NCBI GenBank assembly: GCA_016713535.1
Contig: JADJOY010000027.1
Coordinates: forward strand, 141,026-205,025
From: Deltaproteobacteria bacterium
Lineage (GTDB): Bacteria > JADJOY01
Reading direction: 5' to 3'
DNA length: 64,000 nucleotides
The notes under the pieces are model-generated. The model ran no database searches. It saw only the letters and a program-made list of their open reading frames with translations, and was not told where the DNA came from. Position numbers and translations under genes: made by a program. Positions 57,998 through 64,000 of the stretch are shown here, in pieces (position 1 is the stretch's first letter; the number at the start of each line of letters is the position of its first letter).

Positions 57998-58215
57998 ACC
58001 TCGACACCCTGAACCTGCTGCTCGGCTTCACGCCCACGCTGACGCCCGCCGCGATGTTCGGCCTCGCGATCCTGATGGGCCGCGTCGCCTTCGAGCCGGT
58101 CGCCGAGCCGCGCTACCAGCTGCGCCGCGAGCGGCCGCGGCTGCGCGCGATCGCCGGGCGCGGCGCCGGCGCGCGAACCGGCGCGCGGATCCACACCGAT
58201 CGCGACGCGGCGTGA
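57994..58215 (+). CDS. small hypothetical protein (73 aa), translationally coupled
   Basis: The ATG at 57994 overlaps the upstream TGA (ATGA). AAGGAGAAG lies 6 nt upstream. One hydrophobic segment is present (LTPAAMFGLAILMG). Confidence 0.45.
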   Translation: MNLDTLNLLLGFTPTLTPAAMFGLAILMGRVAFEPVAEPRYQLRRERPRLRAIAGRGAGARTGARIHTDRDAA

Positions 58216-58494
58216 GGATTCGATCGTGAGTCGGATCGCGACGCGCGGTGCAGCGAGCGGCTCGAGCGCGGCCGCTCCGTCGGCCGCCCGCGATCGGGTG
58301 GATGCGCACACGGACGGTAGCGCCGTTGCTCGTAGGGGCGGCCGCGAGGCCGCCCGCGATCGGAAACGGTCGGCCCAGCTCGTGTCCGATCATCGGCGGG
58401 CTCACGCCCGCCGCTACACGGGCGGTGCGAGTGTTCGCTCGCGCCCGACGGAGCGGGTGCGCTCCACGAACCGCGATCGGCGGCGGTGCCGAGG

Positions 58495-59295
58495 CCAACG
58501 CCGCGGCGCGCGAGTCCGATCCAACCCGGCGGCCGCGAAGGATCGCGGCCCTCCAGACCGGTACATTCCGGTCCCGCCTGGAGGGCGGTGGTCCCTCACC
58601 GCCGCGGCGCGCGAGTCCGATCAACCCGGCGGCCGCGAAGGATCGCGGCCCTCCAGACCGGTAGATTCCGGTCCCGCCTGGAGGGCGGTGGTCCCTCACC
58701 GCCGCGGCGCGCGAGTCCGATCAACCCGGCGGCCGCGAAGGATCGCGGCCCTCCAGACAGGTACATTCCGGTCCCGCCTGGAGGGCGGTGGTCCCTCACC
58801 GCCGCGGCGCGCGAGTCCGATCCAACCCGGCGGCCGCGAAGGATCGCGGCCCTCCAGACCGGTAGATTCCGGTCCCGCCTGGAGGCGGTGGTCCCTCACC
58901 GCCGCGGCGCTCAAGCGAGTCCGATCTAACCCGGCGGCCGCGAAGGATCGCGGCCCTCCAGACCGGTACATTCCGGTCCCGCCTGGAGGGCGGTGGTCCC
59001 TCACCGCCGCGGCGCGCGAGTCCGATCCAACCCGGCGGCCGCGAAGGATCGCGGCCCTCCAGACCGGTACATTCCGGTCCCGCCTGGAGGGCGGTGGTCC
59101 CTCACCGCCGCGGCGCGCGAGTCCGATCCAACCCGGCGGCAGCGAAGGATCGCGGCCCTCCAGGCCGGAGCCGGTAGATTCGCGGTCCCGCCTGGAGGCG
59201 CGGTGGTCCCTCATTCCGGTCCCGCCTGGGGCGCGTGAGTCCCTCGCGAGCGGGGCAACCCGGCGGCCGCGAAGGATCGCGGCCCTCCACGCCGA
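58495..59295. repeat. tandem array, ~100-bp unit, 7-8 near-identical copies
   Basis: The unit is GCGCGCGAGTCCGATCCAACCCGGC-GGCCGCGAaggaTCGCGGCC-CTCCAGACCGGtacattCCGGTcccgcCTGGAG-GGCGGTGgtccctCACCGCC. There are no unique spacers. The last copies are degenerate. Confidence 0.92.
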
Positions 59296-59325
59296 TCGAG
59301 CGGGATCGACGTCGTGGCGACGCCC

Positions 59326-62038
59326 CTACTCGCCCTTCACCTCGAGCGACTTGCCGAACTCGGTGAGCGACTGCTTCTCGCGCAGCGCGGCGCAGAGCCG
59401 CGTGGCCTCGATCGCCTGCGCGACGTTTCGCGGTCCGCCCTCGACGTTGGCGAGGCGCTTCTCCCACACCCGCTGGAAGTCCTGGGCCTCCGCGTCGGTG
59501 CACTGACCCTCGCGGTAGAGCCAGCCCGTGTAGCCCTGCCACATCGCCGGCACCCGCGCCAGCAACCGATCCTTGTTCCGACGCATCCACGCGCGCCCTT
59601 CGGCGCGGTTGTCGGGCCAGTACATGTAGGTCTCGAGGAGGTTGTGGACCTCCTCGGCACGAACGTTGGGGTCGAGCGCGAGCGCCTGCACCGCTCCCGC
59701 CGTGCCCGCGTCATGGCCGGCCGCGATGGCCTCGATCAGCTGGCCGCGCAGCACCCGGTCGTCGGTCGCGCGGAGGCGCGGTACCAGGACCTTGCGCGCC
59801 TCGGCGCCGTGCTGCTGCACGTAGGCCACCAGCGCCAGGCGGCGCTGGTCGGGCGCGAGCGCATCGGGTTTCCACGCCTCGGCGCTGCCGTCGCCGACGA
59901 TCTCCTCGGCGCGAGCGGCGAGCTGCTTGCGTAGCTCGGGATCGTTCGCCACCCCAGCAGGAAACCGCTCAGCCCCTCGCGACTCAGGTGCGCGTCGATG
60001 TCCTCGCCGGGCTTCTCGTCGAGGCCATAGCGCTCGAGGACCGGACGGTAGGTCGCCTGGAGGTACGCCTCGAGCTTCCCGCGCAGCGCCGCGGCGCTCG
60101 CGAGCTGATCGCGGATCCAGCGCACGTTCTCGAACGGCCCGCTCACCACCTCCCACGAGCCGCCCCGGGCGATCATGGGCAGCGCCGCCAGGTACTCCTC
60201 GGTGGTCACGGTGCCCGCGCTGTACGCCGCGTCGAGCGAGCCCACGTAGGCGAGCTGCTCCGCCGAGCCGAGCTCGCCGAAGTGCGTCGTGAGCCGCGCC
60301 CGGCGCTCGGGCTCGAGGGCGAAGCGGTAGTACCCCGCGGCGTCGGCGTTCGGCATCACCCAGTCCGGGCATCCGTCGAGGGTGATGGCGTTGGCGAGCA
60401 CGGGCTGCGTCAGCAGCATGCAGGCGCGCTCCCGCCAGGTCTCGTCGGCGGCGCGGATGCACACCGGAATCCCCACTTCTGGTTCGCGCTCGCGGTCGAG
60501 CCCAGGGGGAGCGAGCGCTTCTGGCTCAGGCTCACCTGGCCGACGGGTCCCTCGCAGCGGACCTTCACGTCGACCAGCGGCACACCCGGCTGCTCGGTGA
60601 ACGAGAGGAACGCGTTGACCACCGCCTCCGGCTCGTCGGTGGCGGCGGCGATCGAGCGCATCAGGTCGGCGCTGGTGGCGCTGCCGCCGGCGAAGCGCTG
60701 GATGTGCGCGCGGATCGCGTCACGGAAGCGCTCCTCGCCGACGTAGGCCTCGAACATCGACAGCACCGCGCCGCCCTTGGCGTAGCTGATCGAGTCGAAG
60801 GCGCTCGCCACCTCGGTGTAGTCGTCGATCGGCTCGTGGATGCGGCGCGTGGAGGCGAGGTCGTCGGTCTCCATCGCCTCGAGCGTCTCGTGGACCTGGT
60901 AGCGCTCCGGATGGAACTCGGGGTGGAGCTGCTTCACGACCTTGGTCGCGATCCAGGTGGCGAACGACTCGTTGAGCCACAGGTCGTCCCACCACGGCAT
61001 CGTCACCAGGTTGCCGAACCACTGGTGCGAGACCTCGTGGGCATGCGTGCCCCAGAACGCGAGCCGGAGCCCGGTCGGGCTCTTGTCGTCGATGAGGATG
61101 AGCTCGTCCTTGTAGGTGATGAGGCCGGCGTTCTCCATCGCGCCGTAGCCGAAGTCGGGGGCCGCGAAGAGGTCGAGCTTGTCGAACGGGTAGCCGATCC
61201 CGAAGTACTCCTCGAGCGCCTTCACGATCGCCGCGGTGTTCTCGAGGGCGTAGGTGAAGTCCTTGCCGCGGCCCTTCACGGCGATGCCGCGCAGCGGCAG
61301 CGGCTTCTCACGCTGCGGCGTGGGCGGCACCGGCTGCCACTCGACGACGTCGAACGGGCCGACCGCGAACGCCACGAGGTAGGTCGGCAGCGCCGCGGTG
61401 GTCGCGAAGCGGACGCTCTTCTTGCCTCCGGGGAGGGGCTCCTCGGCGATGGCACGGGTGTTGGCGACCGCGACGTCGCCCTCCGGCACCACCAGGGTCA
61501 GGTCCCACGGAGTCTTGAACGCGGGCTCGTCGAAACACGGGAAGGCGCGCCGCGCGCCGAGCGGCTCCATCTGCGTGACGACGTACTTCTCGCCCGCGTA
61601 CTCCATCCGGTAGGCGCCGATGAGCGGGCTCTCGGAGCTCGCGCGCCACTTGAAGTGGAGCTCGGCCTCGCCCACCGCGAGCGGCTTGGCCGCCGTGAGC
61701 GCCAGCACGCCGCCGGCGCCGGCGTTGCCGGCCCGGAGCCGGGTCACCGGCTTGCCGCCGCCGACCGGAGTCAGGGTGGCCTCGCGGATCGTGAGGTCGC
61801 CGCCGTGCATCCAGATGCGCGTGGTCGGCTCGGCGATCCGGATGTGGATCGTCGACTCGCCGTCGAGACCGCGCTGCCGCGGGTCGACGGTGAGTTTCAT
61901 CGTGTAGCCGAGCGGCACCACCGTCCGCGGCAGCCGGCCGCGCGGCGCGCCCTTCCAGTCGGCGGCCGAGGCCGCGGGTGTGCAGACGAGGACGGCGAGA
62001 AGCACCAGCTTCAGAGGAACGGGGATGCGCGCTCGCAT
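59326..62038 (-). CDS. M1-family aminopeptidase (aminopeptidase N-like), two apparent frameshifts (C4 runs at 59952-59955 and 60471-60474)
   Basis: Signal peptide, GAMEN motif (GYGAMENAG) and HEVSHQWFGNLVT...WLNESFA zinc site are present. Three ORFs join as ...ANQKW / IPVCIRAADETW... and ...LSGFLLG / VANDPELRKQL.... Each join needs one more G on the coding strand. Confidence 0.88.
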
Positions 62039-62169
62039 GGGGAAGATCTCCGCACGGTGGGGAAAGGCCGAGCGAGGCGAGGCTAGCGCGGCCCTCCGAT
62101 CGCGCGGAAGCGCCAGGCAGTCCGGAGTGGTTCGTCGCCCGAGCGGCCAGGGTCAGCCGTCGCGGTCAG

Positions 62170-62345
62170 CCCGGGTTATTCATGAAAGTTCGTAGCGAGG
62201 CCGCCAAGCGTCGAGCGGATTCGGGTGAACGCAGGATTTTCGGCCGCAGGCGTACTGAATCGTACGTCGAGGACCGGAAATCCGAGTACGCCCGAAGACG
62301 CCGACGATCGGCGGTCGCAGTAGAACGCTTCATGAATGATCCGGG
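62170..62345. repeat. ~175-nt long imperfect palindrome
   Basis: The outer arms are CCCGGGTTATTCATGAA (62170-62186) and TTCATGAATGATCCGGG (62328-62345). Nested inner arms are GGATTTTCGGCC/GGACCGGAAATCC and CGTAC/GTACG. The right arm overlaps the last 5 codons of the 62330..63217 gene. Confidence 0.7.
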
Positions 62346-63217
62346 TTAGTCCAGAGCGTCAGCGAGTCCTTGGGGAAGTCGTCGCGCTGGTCGTCGTGGT
62401 CGTCGTCGCTCAGGCGCTTGGTCTTGATCTGGAGCTCGCGGTCGTTCGTCTTCGAGACCGTGACGCTGCCGCTGAAGTCGTCGACGTTGCGGACTCCGCC
62501 CGGCGAGGAGAACGGCACCTCGGAGGTGCTGCCGTTCTCGTGCACCACGATCATCTTGGTGCTGTTCTGGCGCCGCCAGTCGTCACCCTTGACCGAGCCG
62601 CGGACGTGGAACGTGATCTCGCGCCCCTCGTCGCGCTCGCGGGTCACGACCGCGTGGAGGTGGTCGCTGTCCCGGGTCACGCCGCGGGCATCGTCCGGGC
62701 CGTCGTAGCGCGACGACGCGCCCGTAGGAAGGTCCGACGCCACCTGCCTCGACTGCTCGCACAGCTCGCGGGTGTTCTGGCCGAGCCGCGTGAGGACGTT
62801 CAGGAAGTGGTTGCGCTCGGAGGCGACGTCCTGCGCGAACTGGGCGAAGTCGTCGGCGTTGCGGTCGATGTTCCGGTACTGCTCCTCGAGCTCGCCGTGC
62901 TTGGCGGAAATTGCATTGCAGGAATTACTCAAGGTGCGGAAGTTCGGGGTGAAGCGCGCCACCAGATCGTCGTAGTCCATGACGCGCTTGACGAGCTCCT
63001 TCTTGGTTTCGAGGAGCTGCCGGACCCGCGGCCGGTACTTGCCGCCGGCGACGTCGAAGAGCTTGTCGAGCTCGAGCGCCAGGTTCTTCTCGTCGGCATT
63101 GAGCCGCATGATCGCGTCTTTGTACTTCTGTTTGAACGGAGACGGCGGCTCGGCCGACGCCACCGTGGTGAGGGTGAGCGTCACGGCCAGGAACGTACCG
63201 ATCGCGCGGGATCGCAT
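62330..63217 (-). CDS. secreted hypothetical protein (295 aa)
   Basis: Signal peptide MRSRAIGTFLAVTLTLTTVASA (ATG at 63217), a helical Lys/Glu-rich N-half and an acidic C-half. Clear coding look with lower GC than the surroundings. No family recognised. Confidence 0.65.
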   Translation of the reverse strand: MRSRAIGTFLAVTLTLTTVASAEPPSPFKQKYKDAIMRLNADEKNLALELDKLFDVAGGKYRPRVRQLLETKKELVKRVMDYDDLVARFTPNFRTLSNSCNAISAKHGELEEQYRNIDRNADDFAQFAQDVASERNHFLNVLTRLGQNTRELCEQSRQVASDLPTGASSRYDGPDDARGVTRDSDHLHAVVTRERDEGREITFHVRGSVKGDDWRRQNSTKMIVVHENGSTSEVPFSSPGGVRNVDDFSGSVTVSKTNDRELQIKTKRLSDDDHDDQRDDFPKDSLTLWTNPDHS

Positions 63218-63472
63218 GGGTCGAGCTCCACGTCGGTGGTTGGATTGCCGGGCGCGCAACCGACGACGCGCGCTACGGGCTCTGGCCTGTGCGGGATCGG
63301 TGCCAACCGCGCACGCTCGCGCGAGAGCTCCGTCGGCGTCGACGATGGGCACCGCCCGCCGCCTATCGTGCCGGCCCGATGATGTAGAGTGTGCCGCCCC
63401 GATTTCCGGCCCCGCCGCACGTTTCCCGCCCCGCGCGCGCCGAACGCGCTCGCCAGAGAGGCCATCGCCACC

Positions 63473-64000
63473 GTGACCGTGGTCGCCACCGACGCCCGAT
63501 CCCAGGGCCCGAGCCGGCTCTTCGCGCTCGGCTTCCTGACCCTCTTCCTGGAGCTCACGCTCATCCGCTACCTGGCGGGCAACATCTGGAACCTCGGCTA
63601 CTTCCCGAACTTCGTGCTGATCGCGGTGTTCGTGGGCATGGGGGTCGGGTTCATCCTCCACCAGCGCCTGGACGAGCGTGCCTCCGACCGGGTGTTCGTC
63701 GGCTCGGCCGCGCTGCTCGCCGCGCTCGTCGTGCTGGTGTCGGTGTTCCACCCGGCGATCCCGGGCTTCCAGGGCTTCCAGGGCGAGCTCGGCGGCGAGC
63801 TCTACTTCACGTCGGTGGGCTCGCAGCGCGGCGGCGCGCTGTGGTTCGTGCTGTGGTTCGGCGCGGTGGTCGTGACGTTCGCGGCGATCTCACAGCGCAC
63901 CGCCAAGCTCTTCCGGCTCTTCGCGCCGCTCACCGCGTACACGCTCGACATCGCCGGCTCGTGCGCGGGGATCGTGACGTTCGCGCTGGCGAGCTTCCTC
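63473..64000 (+). CDS. polytopic membrane protein, N-terminal part (spermidine-synthase-like fusion family type); 3' end outside the window
   Basis: An open frame runs from GTG 63473 to the window end: ...RLFALGFLTLFLELTLIRYLAGNIWNLGYFPNFVLIAVFVGMGVGF...LDIAGSCAGIVTFALASFL. This resembles the TM region preceding spermidine-synthase-like domains. It is absent from the ORF track because it has no stop. Confidence 0.55.
   Translation, partial: MTVVATDARSQGPSRLFALGFLTLFLELTLIRYLAGNIWNLGYFPNFVLIAVFVGMGVGFILHQRLDERASDRVFVGSAALLAALVVLVSVFHPAIPGFQGFQGELGGELYFTSVGSQRGGALWFVLWFGAVVVTFAAISQRTAKLFRLFAPLTAYTLDIAGSCAGIVTFALASFL

Noticed and set aside
58495-59295. A possible CRISPR array, given the regular repeats containing palindromes
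   Set aside because: The whole ~100-bp unit repeats head-to-tail with no unique spacers, and no cas genes are in the window.
58226-59506. Long ORFs (426, 172, 162, 147 aa and others) covering the 58.5-59.3 kb region in several frames and on both strands
   Set aside because: They are generated by the ~100-bp tandem repeat. The translations are periodic, Arg/Pro/Gly-rich and mutually overlapping, with no start context or family resemblance.

Overview
This is a 64-kb stretch of a very GC-rich bacterial chromosome (roughly 70% GC by eye). The gene content (PilT, ECF sigma/anti-sigma, a sigma-54 activator, CzcCBA, ChrBA, dense GC-rich hairpin repeats) would fit a Myxococcota/Polyangia-like organism, but taxonomy cannot be verified here. 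About 55 protein genes are supportable. They include housekeeping and envelope genes (pilT, cstA, lspA, tldD/pmbA, two GT4 glycosyltransferases, an M1 aminopeptidase). A metal(loid)-flavoured neighbourhood at 35-52 kb holds a His-tailed DMT transporter, CorC/CNNM, chrBA, BlaI/M56 plus CzcCBA, and arsS with an AhpD-like partner. Signalling genes include a cNMP/GAF protein, a sigma-54 response regulator, a histidine kinase and an ECF sigma operon.

The stand-out observations are:

1. The block 14.7-22.4 kb (possibly to 24 kb) has visibly lower GC and is organised as integron-type gene cassettes separated by attC-like sites carrying the extrahelical-base signature. No integrase lies within reach, so it looks like a CALIN (a cluster of attC sites lacking an integron integrase).
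2. One cassette gene, a divergent pentein-fold enzyme, is split by an IS66-family element with 22-bp terminal repeats and a perfect 8-bp target duplication.
3. The intergenic space is filled with modular GC-rich hairpin repeats. These comprise an interspersed triple-hairpin unit in 8 copies, a ~185-bp tandem array and a ~100-bp tandem array.
4. Three G/C-only tracts contain homopolymer runs up to 32 nt. At least one retains the skeleton of the neighbouring repeat unit, so it is probably a corrupted repeat or an assembly artefact.
5. A dozen single-base frame changes occur in otherwise conserved genes, several at G4 runs where G5 is required. This argues for homopolymer errors in a draft assembly rather than mass pseudogenisation.

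No rRNA, tRNA or CRISPR array was found.
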